A stretch of DNA of 60,887 nucleotides from a virus (lineage: Duplodnaviria > Caudoviricetes): positions 1 through 60,887 of the IMG/VR virus record IMGVR_UViG_3300028196_000013. One strand, given 5' to 3'. The notes beneath the pieces are model-generated. The model was given only the letters and a program-made list of their open reading frames with translations. It was not told where the DNA came from and made no database searches. Shown in pieces: positions 20,284 through 29,539 of the stretch. Within the stretch, counting starts at the first letter, position 1. Each line of letters opens with the position of its first letter. Both the position numbers and the translations under genes were made by a program.

Positions 20284-22677
20284 TCATTCCTCCTCCTGGT
20301 CGTTGCTTGTCGGTTTGTCTTGCATTGAAAGTAATGGGGCGTTCCCGTTCGGTTGCGGAATTAGATACGAGTGGTGGTGAAAAGCCCACGCCGCACATAT
20401 CTTCTCGTATGATTTTGAATGTTGACCTGCAACAATTGTCCAATCTCGGTCTGCTGCCAAGGATTTGACATTAGCGGAAAGATGTTCGTAATATTTCTTG
20501 TCCGATGAAAACACACGGATAGCCTCTATGATTGTTTGACACAGGGATTCCGGCTCGGAAGAACACTTCCAGCCGTGTATGCCTCCGATTATGTCCCTTA
20601 GTCGCCCTTCGTCTGTGGCTATCACGGGTTTTCCTGCAGAAAGTGTTCGCATCAAGGCTCCTGATGTTGAATTTACATCACGCCCAGAATAAGGGAACGC
20701 CACTATGCTGCTTGCATTGAGGTAGAGATCTAATTTCTCTTCTGATACAAATTCCTTTGAATAGTAAACGCCATCGATTTGTTCAGCCAACAACTCGCAT
20801 GCCTTGGTGTATTCATTTTGCCCCGATGCGTTTTCTCCAGCAAAAATAGCCACTTCAAAATATTGGGTATTTTCCTTTGCCTTCTGAATAGCCTTCAAAA
20901 AAGACAAGGTGCCTTTTGCTTTGGATGGGAATCCAAAGTGAAACAGCAAGGGTATTCCTGCTGGCAACCCGATTTCTTTTCGAGATTCGGGATGAGGCGG
21001 TATGTGCAACACGCCATGGGGGATATAGTCAACTGGTGCTGTAACAGTTCCTGCAAGCTCTTTAGCAAGCCTTTCATTGTGCAGAAAAATGCCATCAGAC
21101 AACAATATTGCTTCCTTTACGCAATCATTGTTGAAGTCTGGAGTATGCAGCGTTGTTACAACATGTCTGTTCATGCTCCTTAGAGTGGGATACAAGTCTG
21201 AGAATCGCCTAAGCATCGTTGCTTCGTGTTGCACATGGACCACATCGGGGTTGGAACTTTCAATGGCCGCTGAAAGTGAACCGCCAGATTGCCACTTACG
21301 ATCCCAACAATGTATTATTGTAATGTCGTTGATCGTGGATTTCGAATTCATTGAGTGTTCTTTGGTGGATTCTGCGAAGATAGTGACTTTGTGACCTAAA
21401 GCGACCAAGGATTCCGCTAACATTTGAGTATAGGTTGCAATACCACAATTTACTCCATGCGTGGACACAATACCGACATGGCGTGGTTTCTTTGGTCTAA
21501 CCTTGACTAATGGCGGATAGTAGTGCTTGAACATAAATGCGAGCAACCCATCAAGGTATTCCGGAAAGATATTGTTCGGAGTGTACTTGTCCACGGGCGA
21601 CAAGTTCGCTCCCGAATCAAGTCCATTTTTCCACTCATCGTACAATGTTTCTAAGCGTACTACAATGCCTGGCACATTTGGTAAGCCGTAGTCTTCACCT
21701 TCTCTGTATCCCTCGACTCCGACTATGAACTCCTGCCGGAAATTCAACTCAGGCATTGGGCCGTAGTTGGTATTGATTACCGGAACTCTCTGCATTTGGG
21801 CTTCGATTTGTAAAACTCCAAAACCCTCTTGATTGGAACAATGGATAAGGGCGTCAAGTCCCTTCAAATTAGTGGCAAGTTGTAAATCCGACCACGCCTC
21901 ATTAGAATCGGTGATATGAGCTTCGAACCAAGCCGCTTCTTGAGGTTCTTCCATTTGCAAATGATTGGAGTGATGAATCCACAGTCTCACATCATCCTTG
22001 CCCATCGAAAATTCAGCCCACGCTTGAAGAATTTCATGCGGCGACTTTCGCTTCGAAAAATCCCCCCATAATCCTGCCGTGAAGTGTCCGGGTTCGATAG
22101 GCCAATGCCGTGTAGAGCGAATCGCCGCCTTTGACTTTGGAATGGAGACCTTTTCGGCCACATGGGGCAAATAGAAAGCACCCTGCAATCCGTTTCTTGC
22201 CATTACCTTCTGCCCGAATACTGACATTGCGACGGGAATTGATTGCCTGAGCGTCTCTATTTCTCGTTCAGTCAATGTTTCTCTGTCTACGGGACCAATA
22301 ACTGCAGAAGGGAATTCTGCAAACAAATCGCCCCATTTGTGAAGATCTCCGAGAGCTATCATCACCCATCGATCTATGGACTTTTGAGATAGCCACCGAT
22401 TGACGGTTTCATTGATGTGAGAATTTGTCAAACCTTCTTTCCTTTTTGCCTTCGATGGGCAAACCGGGGCAACGGTGATGCTGTTGTATTCGAATTGATT
22501 CAAATCATATCCGAAATCTGAAATGTGAAGGACTTCGTACTTGGAGCATAGGTATTCGCCCATGAACTTGAGCTGCTTTCCATATCCGGTGGGCAAAAAA
22601 GGAGGATTTCCAATTAGAACAACGCCATCCATGAATCGCTGATGCGTCTCAGCCCTTTCAAGCAAACGCCATGTCAT
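20284..22677 (-). CDS. Double-domain GT-B (GT4-like) glycosyltransferase
   Basis: Domain 1: PTGYG..EGFG..EAQ..PVI. Domain 2: CGIATY..HVQHE..FPY..SG..KPVI. Likely start MTWRL at 22677. Confidence 0.88.
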   Translation of the reverse strand: MTWRLLERAETHQRFMDGVVLIGNPPFLPTGYGKQLKFMGEYLCSKYEVLHISDFGYDLNQFEYNSITVAPVCPSKAKRKEGLTNSHINETVNRWLSQKSIDRWVMIALGDLHKWGDLFAEFPSAVIGPVDRETLTEREIETLRQSIPVAMSVFGQKVMARNGLQGAFYLPHVAEKVSIPKSKAAIRSTRHWPIEPGHFTAGLWGDFSKRKSPHEILQAWAEFSMGKDDVRLWIHHSNHLQMEEPQEAAWFEAHITDSNEAWSDLQLATNLKGLDALIHCSNQEGFGVLQIEAQMQRVPVINTNYGPMPELNFRQEFIVGVEGYREGEDYGLPNVPGIVVRLETLYDEWKNGLDSGANLSPVDKYTPNNIFPEYLDGLLAFMFKHYYPPLVKVRPKKPRHVGIVSTHGVNCGIATYTQMLAESLVALGHKVTIFAESTKEHSMNSKSTINDITIIHCWDRKWQSGGSLSAAIESSNPDVVHVQHEATMLRRFSDLYPTLRSMNRHVVTTLHTPDFNNDCVKEAILLSDGIFLHNERLAKELAGTVTAPVDYIPHGVLHIPPHPESRKEIGLPAGIPLLFHFGFPSKAKGTLSFLKAIQKAKENTQYFEVAIFAGENASGQNEYTKACELLAEQIDGVYYSKEFVSEEKLDLYLNASSIVAFPYSGRDVNSTSGALMRTLSAGKPVIATDEGRLRDIIGGIHGWKCSSEPESLCQTIIEAIRVFSSDKKYYEHLSANVKSLAADRDWTIVAGQHSKSYEKICAAWAFHHHSYLIPQPNGNAPLLSMQDKPTSNDQEEE

Positions 22678-22888
22678 GTTGTGGTTTCTTGGTTTTTTTG
22701 GCCTCGATGGAAAGTTGGAAAATGAGGTATGCGAGGCGATCCGCATCAATATCTGCGCCGGTCAATTGTCGTCTGATGCTTTCGGCTGTCTCCATCAATT
22801 TGAACAATTCCATATCGTCCAGGGCATCTACTTGCTTCGATGCCTTGGATACTGCGAGGTACAATTCGGTGTCTATTTCGTCTCCCAT
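22658..22888 (-). CDS. Small helical hypothetical protein
   Basis: 76 aa ORF upstream of the glycosyltransferase. Confidence 0.45.
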   Translation of the reverse strand: MGDEIDTELYLAVSKASKQVDALDDMELFKLMETAESIRRQLTGADIDADRLAYLIFQLSIEAKKTKKPQHDMAFA

Positions 22889-22986
22889 GTGTTCTGCTTA
22901 GTTGTAGACAGCACATATACCCTTTCCGAACATGATGAGCGATGTAGGGTTTATACGGTTGGTACACATGGAACGGTTTGAGGAAA

Positions 22987-23145
22987 ATGGCTCGAGGAAA
23001 AAGCATACATGTTGACGCCGAAACACATGACAGATTGAAAAAGCGAGGGGTCTTTGGAGAATCATTTTGCGATGTAATCAAAAGACTCTTGGATCAACTC
23101 GAACATTTTGAAGTGCAACCGGAAGATGATTCGGAGGCACTCTAA
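22987..23145 (+). CDS. Small ribbon-helix-helix/antitoxin-like DNA-binding protein (52 aa, not in ORF track)
   Basis: MARGKSIHVDAETHDRLKKRGVFGESFCDVIKRLLD, a typical archaeal RHH pattern. Confidence 0.65.
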   Translation: MARGKSIHVDAETHDRLKKRGVFGESFCDVIKRLLDQLEHFEVQPEDDSEAL

Positions 23146-23544
23146 ATGGCTAAACTGAAAGTATTGAAGCAGATAGAGAAGTTGTTTATCCGCACAGGCG
23201 AAGATGTCCTCGCCTTCAAAACAATCATGTCTAATGTGGATGAAAGGAGAAGCACCCTGCTTGGAGTGCTTTCTTCGAATAAAAAAGTATTTTCTAAAAT
23301 TGCAAAAAATCAATGGCAGTACATTCCGGATACACGAGGCTCCGTTGAGGAAATGTGCCGACAATATGGATTTGACCGTGAAGAAATCGCCCATTTGGTG
23401 ACAGAAGATGGGGGTTTGCAGTATTCGTGGGTACGAGTCAAGCCTTCAGGAGACTTAATCTCCAGGAGGGAGTTTCATTACCTTCTCCATACAATGCAAA
23501 AGCATGGCGAAGTTATTGACGACGAATCCGCCGTAACTGCTTGA
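23146..23544 (+). CDS. Hypothetical protein, possible winged helix
   Basis: 132 aa; GGAGG SD; abuts the RHH gene. Confidence 0.55.
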   Translation: MAKLKVLKQIEKLFIRTGEDVLAFKTIMSNVDERRSTLLGVLSSNKKVFSKIAKNQWQYIPDTRGSVEEMCRQYGFDREEIAHLVTEDGGLQYSWVRVKPSGDLISRREFHYLLHTMQKHGEVIDDESAVTA

Positions 23545-24520
23545 CAACAGTTGAGGGAATCATCTTGTTCTCAGCTTGTTGAGGATTGACCAGAACCAGT
23601 GGACGGTTTAAGTTCCTAAGCGCCTCTGCCGCCCTGTAAACACCCTTTCTGTCTATCATCGCCACTCTTGCTATGGCTGCCCCACTGAATCTTCTTGGCC
23701 GTGTCTTTGCCTCCTTCGATGCAGCAAGCATCAACGCAGCACAGGCATGATCAACTGCCCGAATGTTAGGCACTGTCTCTTTTGCAATTTCTAATGCCTC
23801 TTTCAGCATCTCGGGTGGAGTCTCAATTTTACTTGCGAGGTGTGATACAATCTCGACAGCATCAAGGCGATTGATATCGAATAGGTTGTTTGCCCTTGCA
23901 TCACTTAGAAAGCGATTTACAACTTTGACAGATGGCTTTTCGCTGTGAGCTTTCGCTAATTTTGCCACCGGCACGGGCATCCCTGCATTGAGTGATGCGA
24001 CACGCAAAGCGGCCACAGCAGTGACCTTATGGCCTCTGCCGCCAGAACCACTTCCATACTCGTGAAACAAATTGAATAAGCGAGTGGCCTCTTCAATTCG
24101 TCTCAATGTAAAACCAAATGCGTCAGCGACTCTTTCCATCTCCGTTCTTGCATCCTCCTTTCTTCGCTGAGACCCTGATTTGGAGACGGTCATGTTCATC
24201 GGTGCAGATAGGCCAGTCTCTTTGTCGTATGACTCACTATTCGACTCAAGGATGTCCAAGGGGCGGGACAAGCCACAATGCTTGCATGCAATCTGCCAGT
24301 CAGCGTTTTCATTTTTTGCTGATTTTGATAAAACAGTTTCCTTTTGGATCAATTCATCAAATTTGTATTTCAAAGTTGCATCAGAGATTTCCTTGTTGGA
24401 AACCATTCCATGTTCAGCCATTATGTGCAGCACCGCACAATTTACAGGCCACCCCGATTGACATTCAGCTCCGTCAAAAGCTTTCTTTTCGAGAGTAGTG
24501 TATTCGGATAAGTCGGCCAT
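23513..24520 (-). CDS. tfb: Transcription factor B (TFB/TFIIB)-like protein
   Basis: CKHCG then two cyclin-fold repeats (MERVADAFG..GRGHKVTAVAAL; ACAALMLAA..AIARVA); likely start MADLS at 24520. Confidence 0.8.
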   Translation of the reverse strand: MADLSEYTTLEKKAFDGAECQSGWPVNCAVLHIMAEHGMVSNKEISDATLKYKFDELIQKETVLSKSAKNENADWQIACKHCGLSRPLDILESNSESYDKETGLSAPMNMTVSKSGSQRRKEDARTEMERVADAFGFTLRRIEEATRLFNLFHEYGSGSGGRGHKVTAVAALRVASLNAGMPVPVAKLAKAHSEKPSVKVVNRFLSDARANNLFDINRLDAVEIVSHLASKIETPPEMLKEALEIAKETVPNIRAVDHACAALMLAASKEAKTRPRRFSGAAIARVAMIDRKGVYRAAEALRNLNRPLVLVNPQQAENKMIPSTVVKQLRRIRRQ

Positions 24521-24539
24521 GCTAATGCTAAGAGGTCCA

Positions 24540-25005
24540 TTATGATAAATACCGATGGCATATTTGCATGATGCAATTATACAAATTGCGAATACAGGGT
24601 GCTGCAAATGTAGCAGGAACGCCCGCCATGCAATTGAAGCTGCCCTCGGATCGTGCTTACGAACGAATCCAGGGGCCGGTTATCAAGTCCGATGGCATAT
24701 TTGCATGATGCAATTATATTTATTGCGTAAACAGGCTTGTAAGTCTATGATCTACGAGCCGCACAGCGTAAAGCTGTGTTTCAGGCGAGCATTTGCGCCG
24801 AACAGAGGTCTGTTATGAAGGCCGATGGCGTAAATGCACGATACAATGTTAAACACTGCGTAAACAGGATGCTGATTCAGTACAGAATTGGCTTCAGGAC
24901 ATGAGGGCATGGTGAGATCCACCAAGCTCCTGCGTCTCAAAGACCTCATTTATGAAGGCCGATGGCACAAACGCACGATACAACATTAAACATTATGAAA
25001 TAGGG
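24540..25005. repeat. Four ~60-bp direct repeats at 133-137 bp spacing
   Basis: CCGATGGC core at 24552, 24689, 24822 and 24959, each within TTAT..CCGATGGC..GCAYGATRCAA..AGG. Confidence 0.9.
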
Positions 25006-25640
25006 CAGGGGTTAAGCACCCCGTAGCACATTAGAATGATGCGAGCAAAGAGAGTCCACAAGAGCAACAGACCGTTGCTTAGGGCTCCAATGGCTCATAA
25101 GAATGAAACAACTTAACAACAAAAGCCGGTGAGGTTACGACCTCTCACGAGCCACCTTTGAAAACCCCGTAGCAGGGGATCATCACTGGAATTATGGTTC
25201 ACCGGCTGCACACCAACAGGAAATTGCGATACCAAAGGCTTCGGCCTTCGCACCCAGTTGATGCAGCAAATCGAATACTGCCGTGGTTGCTAACCACGAC
25301 AAGCGCTCCCAGGCATCTTAGTTAGATGCAGAATGGATAGGCGGACTCGAAAGAGAAGAAGATTTGCAGCCCTAAGCCGTTTGGTAGCGGTATGGGCATA
25401 CGGTAAAGTGACCCTGGAGACAGGACGAGGACAGAAAATAAAGAAATACCGTTGCGATTCCGGTCAATTCCGGATGAGCTTACTGTCGACAGACATTTGA
25501 TGAGCGACACTGCAGCAATGCGTGTGTCGTAACAGGATGGGAGTTACTCCGAACTAAACCTCTTGAGGCATGTTCGAGTCATCACACAAGTGCTTGCACT
25601 TGAGGAAATTCCTTACATCTTGTCTCCATAAATGGGTCAC

Positions 25641-25672
25641 ACTTAACAACTTAACAACTTAACAAACTTAAC
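25641..25672 (+). repeat. Tandem ACTTAACA repeat (about 4 units)
   Basis: ACTTAACAACTTAACAACTTAACAAACTTAAC. Confidence 0.9.
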
Positions 25673-25812
25673 CTAATCGGGAATTAGGGGCGCTCTTAAG
25701 CCCCCGAAAGCCCAATAGAATGAGGAGGGATAACACCCAACTCACGCTGACCACTCTAACCGTAGAATACGCACCGAAAGGATGCGACGGGAAACGATGG
25801 AAAGCGACGGCT

Positions 25813-25866
25813 GAAACCAGAGATGGTGGAGGCAAAACCGCCGAAACCAGAGATGGTGGAGGCAAA
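25813..25866 (+). repeat. 24-bp direct repeat, 30-bp period
   Basis: GAAACCAGAGATGGTGGAGGCAAA twice. Confidence 0.9.
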
Positions 25867-26235
25867 CCACTGATACACCCGGCAGCCTAACAGCAGAAGA
25901 CAGGAATGAACGCCGGCCTGCGAAAGAAATCCCCGAAAGGGGGCACCGTAAAATGAATCAGTAACCAACAAAAGAAACAACAGGAGGATTTGGGATCCTT
26001 TCCTTGCGAAATTGCAATCGCTTGGACCGTAAGGACCCTTAACCTGTGAATGCTCTGATGAAGACGATTCCTACGGGATGAAGGCGATTCGGAATGTTTC
26101 GGATGTGAACCATGATGCGAGATGGGGATTTTGAACTCGAAAGAGAACTTAACACAGCAACCGAAAGGTGCAACAATGCGACACACCATTCTGATGGTTG
26201 GTCAGCGTGCGACAGGGTGCGACAGCACCACAACA

Positions 26236-26549
26236 TCACCCCGTAGGGGGTTCTTTCTCTCAAGCAGGTTCGAAAAGTGCCTACGCAAGCAAATCGCAAG
26301 CGGCGAGAAGAGAAAGAAACAAGAGGGCGTTTGCCCAACCGGACCGTGCTTCCGGAGAAAAAATAGTGCAAGCCCCCCTTGAGGTGTAGATAGGGAAAAT
26401 CTTAACATTTTCACCCCATGTGGGGTTTCTTCGTCTCAAGACTGATGTTCGGCGGCGGGAAGCGAAGACAACAAGAGGGCGATTGCCCATACCGGACCGT
26501 GCTTCCGGCAAAAAATAGTGCAAGCCTCCCTTGAGGTGTAGATAGGGAA
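26236..26549 (+). repeat. Two diverged copies of a ~140-160 nt element (putative ncRNA)
   Basis: 26236-26397 and 26411-26549 share AAGAGGGCG..TGCCC..CCGGACCGTGCTTCCGG..AAAAAATAGTGCAAGCC..GAGGTGTAGATAGGGAA; separated by CTTAAC. Confidence 0.85.
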
Positions 26550-26555
26550 CTTTAC

Positions 26556-26813
26556 ATGACCATGAAATTACCCGTAGGAGTAGTGGATAATCAACTTGCT
26601 TGGCACATCGATTCGGTGTTTGCTAAGCGTTTTGATAGAATCCAATGCGCAGAACAGAATAGATTATGGAATATTTGCCAAAAACGAATGGAACAAAAAA
26701 GGTTGAACTCAACCTCAGTATCCTGTCCGAATGGCAAATGGCAAATTGAAATCGATTTCAAAACAGCGGGAGATATCGCATACCAGTGGTGTCTTCTTGC
26801 AGAAGGAAACTGA
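26556..26813 (+). CDS. Hypothetical protein
   Basis: 85 aa; preceded by variant CTTTAC|ATG; stop lies in CTGAAC. Confidence 0.6.
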   Translation: MTMKLPVGVVDNQLAWHIDSVFAKRFDRIQCAEQNRLWNICQKRMEQKRLNSTSVSCPNGKWQIEIDFKTAGDIAYQWCLLAEGN

Positions 26814-26815
26814 AC

Positions 26816-27334
26816 ATGTCTAATTTTAGAGGACGCAGCAGACGAAAGAATGTAGATAAGAGGATAACACCATTTATCGCAAACAAGAACATCGCAATAC
26901 TTCGGTCAGAGGTTTTGGTCGAGGTTCGCATTGGAAAGTCGCATGAAAATTTCACTTTGCCCTGGAGCCGAGTGGTTGGTCAGACTGTTATAGGCAAACT
27001 GCCTTTAGAGAGACAACCAGAATATCTCCAGAAAATAGCCAAGAGTCTTGGTGAGCATTTACTCTGGAACGGGCCACAGACACCACCGTGTCTCAATCCC
27101 GATACAGTTGAAAATTTCATGAGTAACGATGAATTCCTCGAACGACAAGCCCTTCGAAAGATGGGGCCTAACAGTCGAAAAAACAGAGGAAACAAAGGAA
27201 AGAAAATGAAACAAGGAATTAGCAAGAACCAAAATCACACATTTGTGAACAAACATGGAGTGTTGATTCTGAACGGTAGTCAAGCAACTGCCGACAAGAA
27301 AGCGAAAGAACGAGCGCAAGGCGAGTTCTATTGA
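26816..27334 (+). CDS. Basic hypothetical protein
   Basis: First CTGAAC|ATG start (MSNFRGRSRRK); K/R-rich. Confidence 0.7.
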   Translation: MSNFRGRSRRKNVDKRITPFIANKNIAILRSEVLVEVRIGKSHENFTLPWSRVVGQTVIGKLPLERQPEYLQKIAKSLGEHLLWNGPQTPPCLNPDTVENFMSNDEFLERQALRKMGPNSRKNRGNKGKKMKQGISKNQNHTFVNKHGVLILNGSQATADKKAKERAQGEFY

Positions 27335-27357
27335 TTAACTGAACAGGGGAATTTATT

Positions 27358-29307
27358 ATGAACCGAAAAATGAGCGCTGAAGGCGCAATAAAAAGCAATG
27401 AAAAGGACGCACACCTATTTGTGCGAATATTGACCGTTATGGTGAATATGTTGACACTGATGAAGACGGAAACCATGGGAATGTTTTTCCGTCTTGACAT
27501 CAAGAATGACCCAGCCAACCGCGTTGGGTCTGAAACAACCAAGGGTGCGCTTGTTGAGATTCAATTCAACAGCAAACTGGTTGAAAAACTTGTGAAACTG
27601 ACATCAGCAATGGTGAACAAGTTTCATGCCGGCAGAAAAAGTCGGCGCAAAATGTCAACAGACACCGACGAACCAATATCTGCATCAGATGAAACTCCAA
27701 ACTGGGACGATGTTCCGTTTGTAGCTTTCATCGTGAGGCAAGTCTATAGGATCTTGGCAGCACCGAAGTACATTTGTTCCGTCGAAGGGAGCGAATACTT
27801 CAATGAATGCTATTACAAAGTCGGTTGTGAAGCCGGCAAGATAACGATCCAAATACAAGATTGGGCTCGAGGAGAACGAATTGCAACTGGCAGTTCAAAG
27901 ACAGGCTTTAAGAAGAGATGGACCAACAAACATTGGAACCATGGACATCAGCCATTCCTCAGAATCAATCATGCTACCTACAACGAGTTAATCCGAAGTG
28001 GGCAAAAAGCAAGAACAACAACGCCGCGTGGAAAAGTCCTTGAAACAGAGGAAGACGCGCAAAAATACAACCAAGGAAAGAAAGACCGGATGCTGTATAT
28101 GAATGCAGCTTTGGCCGTTCAAACCATCTTGAAGTTTACTCCTGAAAAGGGATTCGTCAAGGAAGGTCACGGCCACCCAGTAGGTTACTACATCGAATCA
28201 GGGAAAGCCCCGAACAGGCACACCCGAGTCGTTGGATACATCTACGCTAACGAAGACACCCGGTTCCGAGTCAAAGGACTCAAAGAAGACCAACTTGAAA
28301 CTGTTTACACATATCCTAACCACTTTGGCGGGGACCGTGAATCGAACGGTAGAGATGCAGCCTTCTTCCTGAGAGACTCCGTCCTTGGAGAGAAAAAGCG
28401 AAATGGTGGCCGAGGGGCCTCCAGTATCAAATTTGGAGACAAGTCAAGCAAGAAGAAGGAAGTCATTGCGCACTTCCAACAACCTGCGAAGGAACTCTTC
28501 AAGAAAGGCAAAGGCGGAGCATTCGTCCTAACGCAAAAAACCGTGGAATATGTATTCAATACAGACATCTGCGGTGGAAAGTATCGGACAATTGCAACGC
28601 AACTCAAACTCAGACAACGACGCGAATCAACAGTGACTCTTGGAGATGCACTTTTGGGGAGCGAAAGGGGCATGTTTTGGAAGATGCTCATGTCGATTGG
28701 CCCGTTCTCATCAACACCTACCCCAGAACACAAGGTTCGTGAAGGCTTCGGCCAACTGAACCCCAAGTTTGCGGATGGCGTGAGAACAGTCCCTCGTAGG
28801 AGTAAGGAGAATGACAAAGGTTGGACCGAGCGTGGTCTACTGAATTCAAAGGTTAGCTGGAAGGCAGGGGCAATTGGGCCTCGTGCCTGCGGCAACGCCT
28901 GTGAATGCTTCTTATGCCAAGGCAACGAAATTTCTGACGAATTGAACGGATTGTTTGACGAAGACTTACGCAGATTGACTGGTTTGGGCAACTACGACGC
29001 CCCTACCTTGATCCCAGTGATGTCTCGAGACGATGTCCCCGTGTTGAATTACGGGACTGCAGGCAATCCAGATGATGACGCCGAGCAAGCATTGATGCTG
29101 AATACCATGAACGCACATTTTGACACCGATACCTTCCCGATGTGGATTGAAGCGGACCAGTGGAATGCCAAGCAAGGCTTCACCATTGGTGCCCAACTCA
29201 TTTCACGACCAGCGACGCCTGCGGACACAGGCAGACCTGGACACCGGTTGGGATCGGACGAAATTGAATTTGTTGAACTTGTAGCATACCCAACTCACAT
29301 CGAGTAA
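27358..29307 (+). CDS. Large basic hypothetical protein (649 aa) with a CxxxCxCxxC cluster
   Basis: Long ORF; CGNACECFLC; no family recognised. Confidence 0.75.
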   Translation: MNRKMSAEGAIKSNEKDAHLFVRILTVMVNMLTLMKTETMGMFFRLDIKNDPANRVGSETTKGALVEIQFNSKLVEKLVKLTSAMVNKFHAGRKSRRKMSTDTDEPISASDETPNWDDVPFVAFIVRQVYRILAAPKYICSVEGSEYFNECYYKVGCEAGKITIQIQDWARGERIATGSSKTGFKKRWTNKHWNHGHQPFLRINHATYNELIRSGQKARTTTPRGKVLETEEDAQKYNQGKKDRMLYMNAALAVQTILKFTPEKGFVKEGHGHPVGYYIESGKAPNRHTRVVGYIYANEDTRFRVKGLKEDQLETVYTYPNHFGGDRESNGRDAAFFLRDSVLGEKKRNGGRGASSIKFGDKSSKKKEVIAHFQQPAKELFKKGKGGAFVLTQKTVEYVFNTDICGGKYRTIATQLKLRQRRESTVTLGDALLGSERGMFWKMLMSIGPFSSTPTPEHKVREGFGQLNPKFADGVRTVPRRSKENDKGWTERGLLNSKVSWKAGAIGPRACGNACECFLCQGNEISDELNGLFDEDLRRLTGLGNYDAPTLIPVMSRDDVPVLNYGTAGNPDDDAEQALMLNTMNAHFDTDTFPMWIEADQWNAKQGFTIGAQLISRPATPADTGRPGHRLGSDEIEFVELVAYPTHIE

Positions 29308-29438
29308 GGTTTGAACGACTGCAGATTTTGGATGAAGACCGCCGCCCTTACAGGCGGTGTAGCCGCCTGTTGCGGGATGCCGAGTGTATGAAAAATGACA
29401 CCGCCCGCAACAGGCACCACTTTCATTACGAAGAAAAC

Positions 29439-29496
29439 AACGAAGAAAACGAGAGAATTACAAAACGAACGAAGAAAACGAGAGAATTACAAAACG
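29439..29496 (+). repeat. 29-bp tandem duplication
   Basis: AACGAAGAAAACGAGAGAATTACAAAACG twice. Confidence 0.9.
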
Positions 29497-29539
29497 AATA
29501 AACGAATGGAGTAGAACATCTACTCAACTTAACAAACAA

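Larger units (their letters stand above)
25110..26230 (+). ncRNA. Putative structured non-coding RNA block(s), family unknown
   Basis: No credible ORF; GNRA-capped hairpins (CTCGAAAGAG, CCCCGAAAGGGG, ACCGAAAGGT); GCCGGTGA/TCACCGGC pairing; CTTAAC punctuation. Confidence 0.5.

Noticed and set aside
24540-25005. CRISPR array from the 4 repeats
   Set aside because: Repeats (~60 bp, degenerate) and intervals (~75 bp) are too long and variable.
25641-25672. Coronavirus-derived sequence (TRS-like CTTAACAA)
   Set aside because: The context is an archaeal DNA-virus-like genome with no nidovirus genes; the similarity is kept only as an analogy.
25601-25690. RNase P RNA (GAGGAAATTCC resembles the P4 5' strand)
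   Set aside because: The candidate partner strand is only about 70 nt away and other conserved regions are not evident; needs an Infernal search.
26050-26110. Hammerhead ribozyme (CTGATGA)
   Set aside because: I could not build stem II followed by GAAA and stem III.
27358-29307. Reverse transcriptase or group II intron ORF
   Set aside because: No YxDD motif context and no domain V hairpin recognised.
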